From: Balanoglossus misakiensis
Taxonomy: Eukaryota > Animalia > Hemichordata
Length of the DNA: 64,000 bases
Direction of reading: 5' to 3'
Assembly: GCA_040954595.2 (NCBI GenBank)
Contig: CM082590.2
Location: forward strand, 1,116,001 to 1,180,000
Shown here piece after piece: positions 35,701 through 45,854 of this stretch. The stretch's first letter is position 1. Each line of letters begins with the position of its first letter. A model generated the notes under the pieces. It was given only the letters and a program-made list of their open reading frames with translations, did no database searches and was not told where the DNA came from. The position numbers and the translations under genes are program-made.

Positions 35701-36816
35701 TCTAGCAAGCGTAGTCAGTCAGGGCGGGGCCCACTCGTGTCTAGCAAGCGTAGTCAGTCAGGGCGGGGCCCGGGCGTCCCCACTCGCGTCTAGCAAGCGT
35801 AGTCAGTCAGGGCGGGGCCCGGGCGTCCCCACTCGTGTCTAGCAAGCGTAGTCAGTCAGGGCGGGGCCCACTCGCGTCTAGCAAGCGTAGTCAGTCAGGG
35901 CAGGGCCCACTCGCGTCTAGCAAGCGTAGTCAGTCAGGGCGGGGCCCGGGCGTCCCCACTCGCGTCTAGCAAGCGTAGTCAGTCAGGGCGGGGCCCACTC
36001 GCGTCTAGCAAGCGTAGTCAGTCAGGGCGGGGCCCGGGCGTCCCCACTCGCGTCTAGCAAGCGTAGTCAGTCAGGGCGGGGCCCGGGCGTCCCCACTCGC
36101 GTCTAGCAAGCGTAGTCAGTCAGGGCGGGGCCCAGGCGTCCCCACTCGCGTCTAGCAAGCGTAGTCAGTCAGGGCGGGGCCCGGGCGTCCCCACTCGTGT
36201 CTAGCAAGCGTAGTCAGTCAGGGCGGGGCCCGGGCGTCCCCACTCGCGTCTAGCAAGCGTAGTCAGTCAGGGCGGGGCCCACTCGCGTCTAGCAAGCGTA
36301 GTCAGTCAGGGCGGGGCCCGGGCGTCCCCACTCGCGTCTAGCAAGCATAGTCAGTCAGGGCGGGGCCCGGGCGTCCCCACTCGCGTCTAGCAAGCGTAGT
36401 CAGTCAGGGCGGGGCCCGGGCGTCCCCACTCGCGTCTAGCAAGCGTAGTCAGTCAGGGCGGGGCCCACTCGCGTCTAGCAAGCGTAGTCAGTCAGGGCGG
36501 GGCCCGGGCGTCCCCACTCGCGTCTAGCAAGCGTAGTCAGTCAGGGCGGGGCCCGGGCGTCCCCACTCGCGTCTAGCAAGCATAGTCAGTCAGGGCGGGG
36601 CCCGGGCGTCCCCACTCGCGTCTAGCAAGCGTAGTCAGTCAGGGCTGGGCCCGGGCGTCCCCACTCGCGTCTAGCAAGCGTAGTCAGTCAGGGCGGGGCC
36701 CGGGCGTCCCCACTCGCGTCTAGCAAGCGTAGTCAGTCAGGGCGGGGCCCGGGCGTCCCCACTCGCGTCTAGCAAGCGTAGTCAGTCAGGGCGGGGCCCG
36801 GGCGTCCCCACTTGCG
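5750..36816 (+). repeat. 31-kb GC-rich tandem satellite array of 49-bp (L) and 39-bp (S) units
   Basis: L = ACTCGCGTCTAGCAAGCGTAGTCAGTCAGGGCGGGGCCCGGGCGTCCCC (49 bp, 35/49 GC, 6 CpG). S lacks the final GGGCGTCCCC. Units are head-to-tail with no unique spacers; roughly 650-690 units, estimated from length. Confidence 0.99.
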
Positions 36817-37264
36817 GTGATCTTTCAATCTGTATTCAACCTGTCCTCCATTATATCATTATCAGTGGGGAGGGCAATATAATGATTTATTTGTGCAGGG
36901 GTTATTTCTCAGTGTGGTAATATTGATCATGCAGATATGATGTGGCTATTACAACAGAACTTTCTTCAGAAACTTGTTTTCTTTACCTAGATTATTTTTT
37001 GTCAAAAGTGATTTGATTTTATCCATGTTTACATAATTTATGTATGTATGTATGTATTGTTTTTTCTTGTTTTGGAATAAACTCTTTGAAATTTAACTGC
37101 TTGTTTGTGAATTTTTGGCAAGAAATATATATGCATTTGACATACAACAAATCTATAGTAATAATCCTAATGGAAGGTGAATAAGCGCAGTGTGTGAGGA
37201 CACAAAGTTTGTCAAAAAGTCATAAATTTGAGTGCCTGGCAAATCCAAAATGTTTTCCATGGGC

Positions 37265-37270
37265 TTTATT
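37265..37270 (-). promoter_or_regulatory. Candidate polyadenylation signal (AATAAA) of the XKR gene
   Basis: Plus-strand TTTATT about 220 nt past the XKR stop codon; a second candidate lies at 37331-37336. AT-rich context makes chance occurrence plausible. Confidence 0.35.
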
Positions 37271-37486
37271 CTGATGGACAAAAAGTATGAAATTCTTATT
37301 TAAGTATTGAACTGATTTCCAAATTTGCAATTTATTTTGTCGTGTGCTACAAAATACGTTTATATTTGTAACACAATGCAAGAAAAAAGAAAAAGAAACG
37401 CGTTACTAGTGAATCGGAATCCGTGGCTTAATCTGAATCTGAAATCGACATAAACTTCGAAAACAAATATGGCGGGTAATAGGCAG

Positions 37487-38354
37487 TCACGATTTCGCAC
37501 TTGCCATACAATGTAGTACGTCTGCAGATGACCCTTCACTATGAATAATTTCATAGTGTCTGGCAACCGCTGTATAAACATTATCAGAATGGATCCTACC
37601 ATTGCCTGAATGAGGTGTTGTAACAGAAACGCTTTCTCCACCCCATCTCATAGTTTTTTTGTCCCTGTGAAAGAAATTTGCCTCACACGGTTCTCGCAAC
37701 GGTTCCCTTCTGACATATCTCATTGGTGCAGCATCCACCGTGTCTGGAACACCATCAATCATTGCTCCTAGCTCCACTGATGGTGATCTTGTTGCTTGCT
37801 TTTTTGGACAACATCGGATATCTCCCGTTGGATGAAGACATAAATAATAAATAACCATAAAAAATAATCCCAAGAAAAAACCACCTATAACACATGCAAT
37901 AGCAGGATATGTGTATAAATAGTCTTCTTCCCTTCTCCAATACCAAAGTCCAATTAAGAAAACATTTTCAAGAAAAGTTACTGAGTAGTAAATTGTAAGT
38001 CTGTATCTAGTTTGCCCTTCTTTCATGTTGAAGAAACAAAATATGTAGACAATACCAATGACTCCATCAAAGAGAATTTCCTCTGCTCCAGTGAGACAGA
38101 AATTTGTCTTTTGGACAATCAACCACATTGACATTCCAAGCCAATGAACAAAGACTATCACAAAGACAGCCCACAGATAGACAATAGTGCTAATGCAACC
38201 ACACGGGCTGCAACAGTAAAGAGTCGCCACAGAATCTGTAGAAGTACTCCTCCATAGTTGATGTTTTCTTTGTCATGACGCGATTCTCTAAGAGCTTTGT
38301 GATAGGCTGCTAGTGACCAGGAGAGTGATATGAGGGAAACACAAGCTGATGTCA
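37487..38354 (-). CDS. XKR6: Terminal coding exon of XK-related protein (XKR4/6/7-like lipid scramblase family), frameshifted near 38180
   Basis: Acceptor TTTGTTTGTTACAG|TG at 38355/38354. Translation SLISLSWSLAAYHKALRESRHDK..LWRLFTVAARVVALAL, then in another frame VHWLGM..TNFC..EEILFDGVIGIVYIFCFFNMKEGQTRYR..ENVFL..YY.CLHPTG, matches the last exon of XKR4/XKR6 as I recall it. Stop TGA at 37489-37487. Upstream exons were not found in the window; exact paralog is uncertain. Confidence 0.9.
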
Positions 38355-39673
38355 CTGTAACAAACAAAAGAGATATGTGTTAGTTGTAAGTACGTCATAG
38401 AAATTATCTTGCAGCATAGGATAATATTGAGAATTGCCACTTCTACTATTTTAAAACACTCGCCAAAAAGAATAATCGGTGTTTACCCTTTATTCATTTT
38501 GGTGAGATTTTTACTCTCATATCCTACAAACAGGATGGAAGGTGCGTGTGGTTGAACGTTGATTCACTATATATCCATATAGTGTCTTGTATCAAACATA
38601 ATTAATGGTAAAAGGGCAGCGAGAGAGAGAGACTTTGTCCCTTTAAGCTATCAGGACATGACTGGTGACAAATAAATGTTCAACTTTTATGAAAATACAA
38701 AAACATTTTCGAGCGAGTGAGTGCTTTCCAAGATGCCAGTGTGATCGGGTGTGTTCACACTGCTTCAAGTGTGTCGCGTTTTTACCCTTCAAAAATGCGT
38801 TTTTCAAATTTGATAGCCATTGTCAATCTTCTAATAAAGTTGTATTGTATAAACACCATGCGTTGGTTCAATATAATTTTGCCAAAGTGGTTAAATGTTA
38901 CCGATAAAACTGTATGAAAATTGAGTTGCACTGATCGCCGTCGAACAGAAATGATTCAGCCCTATGCACTGTCTTCGATCACTCACTCAACGACCTGGGT
39001 CACTTTCCAGTACGTGTTCCTGGTTTGCGTTCTGATGGACAAGGTCAGGGTTAGAATAAGAGTCACAAATCAACGTGTTGGTTGAGGGACTGTATCTTAA
39101 ACGACATTTCTACAACAATAACAACAACAGTACACATAAATTTTGTACACGTGCTAAATAAATTATGATGCATTCTGGGGGAAATGACATCATCGCATAT
39201 GCTAATCTGATGCAAGTGATTTCGACGTCTCTTCTTTACTTCGAACACAGTCCCTCAAGCCAGGTAGGCAAATAAAGTATGTTCCAATAATCTCATCATC
39301 CGAATAAACAAAGTAACGGAATCCCCCTCCCCCGTGCGGGGTATAAAAGGCCCCCCAAATCAGTACAGATCTTAATGCCGTTTGACTGACAACATACAAC
39401 ACCAACAAGCGTGCCTCTATGAAAATCGGCCCAAACAGGTCCAAGCATAAAGAATTACACCACACCACGTCAGTAGTTGGCTTTATAAACAAACACAACA
39501 TAAAGTTATCAACGAAAAAGTACAGGAGCTTATGAAACAACGATGATTTGGGAGAAATCTGGTTTCAGTGCTTTTCAGAACAATGGATCGCGTCCCTGGG
39601 AAACAATGGCCACGCCATTCAAACAGCTGTCGATCTTTCAGAGACGCACAGAGGTGTAAAGTTACACTACAAA

Positions 39674-40701
39674 CATAGACAGTAGAGGGGGAAGACGGAC
39701 GCGTCTCTCCTGCAGAGAACAAAAGAAATCACGTGGTCGCGCTTTTTAACCTCTGTTGCTAATGGTTCAACACCTCCCCTCATTAACATAATCCGCTTAG
39801 GAGTGTAGCCTAGTTTGGAGACACACTTGTGTGACGTGCACTGACAAAATTTACCGAAAATCGTACAATTTTTTAAATCTGAAGAAACAACATTACAGCG
39901 ATCGAAGACTTTATATATCAGGGAAGGCGAATACGAGTTTTTAATCAAATAGGATATTTTTCACACGTCCTATTGTGCCTAGAAAAATCTGTGGTAAGCC
40001 AATGAATGGCAAATACGATGTGCACAAAATTGGGGACCCAATTATACGGCCATATTGCCCCCAAAAAGTTAGATCATATCAGTTTAGTCAGTTTTAGGTA
40101 TTTAGAGTACATCGGTATAGTTGTCAACAAATCTTGTGGTCACTCGCAAGTTTTTGCAGTGGAAGTGTGTAATGCATGTGTAAAATGGCTGTCGATTGTT
40201 TACGTTTTAAAATCATGTCCTTGCTAATTTGGAACCCGATATTCGCGTCAAAACTTCAATAAATTGATCTGAATCGGTGTTTATGCCAATATTTGGAGTA
40301 TGAAGAGGACATCCAACCAAAAGTTTCCCAGGTGGGTTATCGGACGAAGTAAAAAAACTGTCCTTTTCAAGCAGTGCGTCTGTAGTCTTCAGTACTGAAA
40401 ACCGCGGCGTCCATTTTGTAAACAATGTCGACCAGAAGTTTGCTGATTTACATACTCACATCACGCGATATGCGTACCCGCGTGAAATAGCGATATAATG
40501 AACCCAGTAGTTGAGATTTGCATAATCGCGTCACGCGATACACGTGAAATACCGATATATTAATTGAGATAGGAAACCCTAAAAGTCCGAACTTCCCAAA
40601 CGTTAATCCAATTACCAGCGCCCGGATTAAAGGATTACAACAGACGTTGCACAAAGGACTTGCCGCAGAGACGCGTCCTGCTTCCCCCTCTACTGTCTAT
40701 G
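39674..40701. mobile_element. Non-autonomous TIR element (MITE), probably P-element superfamily
   Basis: Perfect 21-bp TIR CATAGACAGTAGAGGGGGAAG (39674-39694 and 40681-40701), extending imperfectly to about 40 bp. 7-bp TSD CTACAAA at 39667-39673 and 40702-40708. CANRG termini with a 7-8 bp TSD are P-like. No transposase ORF. Confidence 0.85.
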
Positions 40702-40845
40702 CTACAAACAAAGAGTATATGCTTTGAGAGATCTTAGTTGAGGTTTAGGTGCCATCCCCAAGGCAGGCTGATTTCCTTTGTCCAATCCCTAGAACAGGTA
40801 ATCAAACCATGTTTACTCTGTTTGCTAATCCTTACTGTGACTAAT

Positions 40846-41527
40846 AGGGCGTTCTCACTGGCACGTGTACACCGGTGCTACACCGGTGCAGATTCAACTC
40901 CGACGGAAAAGAGTAAGTGAGAACGCTTTACACCGGTGCTGGGCCGGTGTTAATTTTTGACGACGATGGGTGGTGGGTCAAGGCCAGTGCTGGGCCAGCG
41001 CTCCGACGCAAATATGCAGTAAGAACACAAAGATAAACAAACACCATTCAAAAGTGCCACCCTGCAGTGACTTTTGGGTATGTTTATTAGGTATAGCCCA
41101 TTGTCTTTGGTCAGTTTCCATTGTGAAGTCAATCACACTGGACGCGAGTGGTTTTCAAACCATTCGCAGTTTGCCAGGTCTGCAACACTTCTGTCTGCTA
41201 ACAACTTTCAGAAGGTTCTCTTGATCTCCGAAAAGCTGAGGCATTTTCCATTTATGGATTAACATTAATTTACTTCTAAACATTATCAAAACTGTCACGA
41301 ATATGCAGGTATTGAAACTGAAACATGTTGCTGTAATGTCCTCGACGTCCTCCATTTTGTTAGTTGCCGTGTTGCTAAACATTGCCATTTAGACAGTGTT
41401 TATTTCAAAATAGGGGCCAAAAGTTTAGTGTGTGGACGCACAGAGATTCTGTGGGCTAATCCCCTGTGTTTGCAGAGAGTAAACACTGGCATAACATTGG
41501 TGTCGAAACTTTAGTGAGAACAAGGCT
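40846..41527. mobile_element. Degenerate PIF/Harbinger-like non-autonomous element
   Basis: Imperfect TIRs AGGGCGTTCTCACT and AGTGAGAACAAGGCT with TAA nearby on both sides; subterminal palindromic ACACCGGTG repeats. Confidence 0.45.
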
Positions 41528-42524
41528 TAAGTCGCTTACACAGGTGTTATGTTTTTTTTTAATTGTCATAAGTTGGTAAACATTTCTTATCAGTGACTCA
41601 AATATTTTTGCATTCATATGTGTTATAAAAGGGACTGATATTACTCATTAATATTCACGCTCATACTCATTAAAATTCACATCTCTTGTATTATATCAAA
41701 ATGAGACATTTGAATGGGTTGAGTACACAACAGTGCCTGCTGGCAGCCTTTGTTTGCCTTTTTTCACCTGAGTGCTGGTCAGCTGGCCCACCACCACATG
41801 TGAAAGTCCCTATAGAGGTCCTGTACCAGGTTCAGACAGGGTAAAATTCGAGACACTATTTGCCTATGGTAAACACAGAGCATTAATCCTTGGAGTCGCA
41901 CTATGTCCACACACACAAAGTTTATGTATAGGCGCTGAGGTCGGCCCCATAGACAATGGGTTGCGGAGAGGTGTTAATCCTTACACCGGCTCAGGTCTGG
42001 CCGAAAACGCTGTCTCAAATCTGAGATGTTTCAGGACCACTTACACCATCCACACATGTTTTTTTTAACCGGTATCTGATCTGAGATGCTTTAGAACCAT
42101 CTGAATGGTGTGTGTGTGTGACCCCCATACTGTTCGTAATAGATTTTCCTATAATGCAATGCATAGTTGGCTTTTGTGCCTGCCAAGCGCAAGCACTACA
42201 TATTTTTAGGTACAAACGCAATGTGCACATGTTACAATCAGCTAGGCTCAAGTCTGGCCCAGAACCAAAACAAATACTACAGAATGTGGAAGTCATACGG
42301 CAAGAACATCGATTTTAACAACAACAACATTGACAGAGCATTTGTTTTCGAGGAGAAGGAATTCATCAACAGCGATGGAAGAGCATTTCTGACCGCTGTG
42401 AAAATATTATATATATAGCTGAAGAGATTTTTGACAATTTTGCTGGGAACAATAGTCAGTATGACCACATACAGGAACTACTGCTGAATTAAATTCTCAT
42501 ATCAAAATGTTTTATGACATTTAT

Positions 42525-42761
42525 AGCTCACGTGTGTACACACCGTGAGCTTATGTCGCGGCCTTTTCTGCGTGTGTGTTTCTGTCTGTCTGTCTGTGTA
42601 TAAAATATCTCAAAAACGGCTAAACGGATTCAAGTCAAACTTAGTACGTTGGTTCAGATGGTTCAAATGATTACGTTTTGGTAGGCAGGGCTTGCATATT
42701 AATGAAGTTATCAGGGTTTTAATTTTTCTGTTACATGGTTCTCTATGGGAGGCAACCTAAT
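42525..42761 (+). mobile_element. 5' part of a HINE/DINE-1-like element, split by the Academ insertion; continues after 58273
   Basis: 5' hairpin GCTCACG-TGTGTACACAC-CGTGAGC followed by a (CTGT)n microsatellite. The sequence after 58273 carries similar GCATATTAATGA / TGATGAAACT degenerate repeats. Confidence 0.5.
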
Positions 42762-43325
42762 TAGACTGTGAGCCAGTATAGTATTACCTCCCCAAACCCC
42801 CCCCCCCCTCCAGGGGGGGGGGGATTTTTTAGACTGTTTTTCTGAAAGCCTATCATGTGCTTAGTAAGGTGCATTTTGTTTGCCATCTGGGCACCGGGGC
42901 GTTTTACAGTTATTGGCTTCTAAATTATAGTGGGTAACTTATGTAGGAAATCCTATAAGTGCATAAAAATTGACGTGAGGGGGTAAATTAGTCTTGTAAA
43001 ATACTGTCTCTCTCAACGTATGCCTAGAACAACTGGGATGTATTTGGTATTTGGTATCAAAAGAAAGCTTAATAAACAAGTTTTCCATTAATTACCAAAT
43101 AAAAGGGATATAACAATTCATGACATCATAGTGACGTCATAAGTCAAAATACCCTTACGAAAACGGTGTTCTGTTCACCTATAAATGTGAGGTTTTGAAA
43201 AACACGTCTCTGTGCAATTGTACTCATGAAACTGTGATCTGTTTGGTATCAAAAGAAAGCTGATTAAGTATCCAATTATTACAAAAATTGATATGGTAAT
43301 CGATTATTTCATCATTACGTCATAA
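42762..43325 (+). repeat. Left terminal inverted repeat of Academ element (about 560 bp)
   Basis: Aligns block by block as reverse complement with 57707-58270, e.g. CTGAAAGCCTATCATGT, TATCAAAAGAAAGCTTAATAAACAAG, CTGTTCACCTATAAATGTGAGGTTTTGAAAAACACGTCTCTGTGCAATT. Confidence 0.93.
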
Positions 43326-44363
43326 CTCAAAAACCTAAATGCAGTGCATTTTATTTTATTTTTGTCTCTATTTGTCAAAGTTTACTTGATATGAACAGCA
43401 CTCTCATCAGGGAAGTTTTGTTGACGATGTTATTCGCACACCATAAATTAATGGTTTTGTTTTGGTACTTTGGCAGCAATTGAACTCTGAGAAACACCGA
43501 ATATGCACATGGTAGGATAGTACAACATCTGGTTTGTAGAGTATATTGCAGGGGCTGTAAAAGCACTATACGTTAAACGGAAGTGATAGCTTTCTTCAAA
43601 TTTTCATATGAAAGACAAATATATGTAGGCTTATGGCAAGCCTCAGGGGTCTTAAGTATAGCAATAGTAGTATATGTTATACTATTATTATATTTTTATT
43701 ATTAAAACATTTTATATTATTTACATACTTAACTATATTAAGGTATTCATTATTAAATGACTTATACACATTATCATAGTATTAATAAATAGTATGATAG
43801 TATATATAAAAAAATTGAAATTAAGGCTGGCCAGTAACATATTACTTTAATTCATTAATATAGTATTTTTTAATGTCGCTATCTATTGTTTAAATAGTAA
43901 CAAATAATTTAAATTTGTAGCATAATTATTCTCTAACATTATTAAAAGATGGTTAAAAATTATTTGATTATTATCTAAAAATATTATTCTATTTGGTAGC
44001 AAAAGGATCTGGTTTTTGGATAGTATTATATTATTTAATTGTATTTACAAATTATAATTTTGTTTGATAGTATGATTGTCATCTTGAAGATGTATGTTTG
44101 TAAAATAATTATTTTATTTTTAAATACGAGAAAATGGTTGGTACATCACATCAATTTATTTTAACTTTTATTTATTAAAATTGTGAAATGAATATAAACA
44201 CAATTTTTTATATTTTAAGTGACTGCTTTTATGTTAATGCTGTCGTCTGTTAGATGATCATTGAATAGCTTATGTTTTCCATGCATTATATATAGAGGGC
44301 GTATGTTTAAGCTATTCAAAGACTCTAAGACTTTAAGACTCTTTGCAAGTATTAAATGTTTTT

Positions 44364-44364
<1 letters not shown>

Positions 44365-44430
<66 letters not shown>

Positions 44431-44457
44431 ACAACAACAACAACAACAACAACAACA
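44365..44457 (+). repeat. Compound microsatellite (CAT)n(CAA)n
   Basis: Directly visible; explains the poly-H/Q and poly-I/N pseudo-ORFs. Confidence 0.97.
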
Positions 44458-44461
44458 TGAT

Positions 44462-44665
44462 TCATTCTTCTATTCCCTGTGGTCGTAGTTCACGAACGTC
44501 AAATTCTTGGAGACAGCCATTACACTTTTCTTTGATCGTGATTAAAGGGTCGTCTGCAACAAGGGGTTTCGTTGACAGGTTTCTCTGGATTGGTCGTAGG
44601 TAAATCTTACTTTGAGGTCCGACATAATTATACAATAGTTCTCATATATTCACCACAGAGACATC
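44462..44665 (-). pseudogene. Decayed coding fragment resembling TE-associated G2E3-like proteins
   Basis: Manual translation: GEYMRTIV, frameshift, then NYVGPQSKIYLRPIQRNLSTKPLVADDPLITIKEKCNGCLQEFDVRELRPQGIEE*. Family assignment rests on recalled motif similarity only. Confidence 0.4.
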
Positions 44666-45043
44666 ATATAATAATCACACATGACTTGGAGAATACATTG
44701 ACTTTGAACTATATTTTGCACTTTACGCTTAGATTACTTAATTTATGTCAGACCGTACTCGCGATTTGAAAGTTCTAGCCTCTCTGTGATTTTAGACTAG
44801 GTCACAATTCACGTCATACTTCTACGGATTGCTACATATAGAGTGAATATACGCGCGCACACACACAATGCTACTCATGTAGCTATACCACGACCGGAAA
44901 CTGGCGATCCGAGCTGACAGTGCTTTTCCAACGCCAAGGAGTATTTGATTCGATTTCATTTTCAATGTTGAATTTCCGACAAATTGTTTTATCTGACCTG
45001 CAGTTTTCGGGGCTTGTTTACGTTTTTGTACTTATGCAGTGAG

Positions 45044-45749
45044 TGTGACCGCCAAAGCTTTTCCGTAATATTCAAAAGTCAGAGTCGAGTTTCCATATAC
45101 GGGTCTTCGGTTTATTATCGATAAATCGATCGAGCGATCGCCGAAAGCGACCGTACGAGACTGTACACAATAGTCGAAAGACTTCGAAAGACGAGATGTG
45201 CGCAGACCTCGATGCGAATAGGCCAAATAGACCTCGAGAATGACCGAGACTGATTCGAATAGACCGAATAAACCGTGGTACGAAAAGACCAAGATCGATA
45301 AAGTTTCACGAAATACAATTCATATCTGTAAGAATACCGAAAGATATATTACCTCGCTGGCGACTTTTAAAGCCTTGTGGTCGGGAAGTTTCGAAATACG
45401 AACGAAATATCGAAGGGTGCGAAACGAGAGACGAGGGTGTACTTCACCGTCCCATAGCGAAGTCGAAAACACGAGGTAAAAATGTGTAGTGATATGACAA
45501 TCGTAGATGGACTACTTGTAAAACTTTTGGGCGAAATATGGTTTGTCGATGTGTTCACAATGACCTTCAAAGGTACACATAAAGTCACAACATCTTTCTC
45601 TGTGAAAATTAAAAGTCTACAACATCGAAACTCGTAACAAAAAGGGAACTATTTTTATGGAGTAAGGTTTTAAAGCAACAAACTGTTCGTGCATATCCCT
45701 CATAATTAAAAATACGAAATTCCTTTGTTTTTGCATGGCTTCAGCCACA
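45044..45749 (-). repeat. 3' LTR of BEL/Pao element (706 bp, internal 193-bp deletion)
   Basis: Nearly identical to 52684-53582 except that 52939-53131 is missing; only two substitutions noticed by eye (near 45362-45367). Confidence 0.96.
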
Positions 45750-45757
45750 CTCCCCCC
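45750..45757 (-). promoter_or_regulatory. Polypurine tract of BEL/Pao element
   Basis: Minus-strand GGGGGGAG directly abutting the TG of the 3' LTR. Confidence 0.9.
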
Positions 45758-45854
45758 TAAAATCACATTGATTTTACCTAATCGAAACACTGAAAACAAC
45801 TACCAAATACGTCCGAGCTATTTCTCAGCTCTCCCCTGTGTCGCTGGGAACAAC

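Noticed and set aside
5750-36816. CRISPR-like array
   Set aside because: Units are contiguous with no unique spacers, there are no cas genes, and the context is eukaryotic.
5750-36816. Canonical G-quadruplex array
   Set aside because: There are only three G-tracts per L unit, the fourth is about 35 nt away, and C-tracts compete for hairpins. Possible but not supported.
41930-42016. Hammerhead ribozyme-like fold (CTGAGG TCGGCC...GGCCGA AAAC)
   Set aside because: The core does not match CUGANGA and no convincing stems I and III were found.
43660-44260. Extremely AT-rich tract as an organelle insertion or origin
   Set aside because: No organellar gene or tRNA motifs are visible; it lies inside the transposon as low-complexity DNA.
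44261-44603. Poly-His/Gln and poly-Ile/Asn ORFs
   Set aside because: These are translations of the (CAT)n(CAA)n microsatellite.
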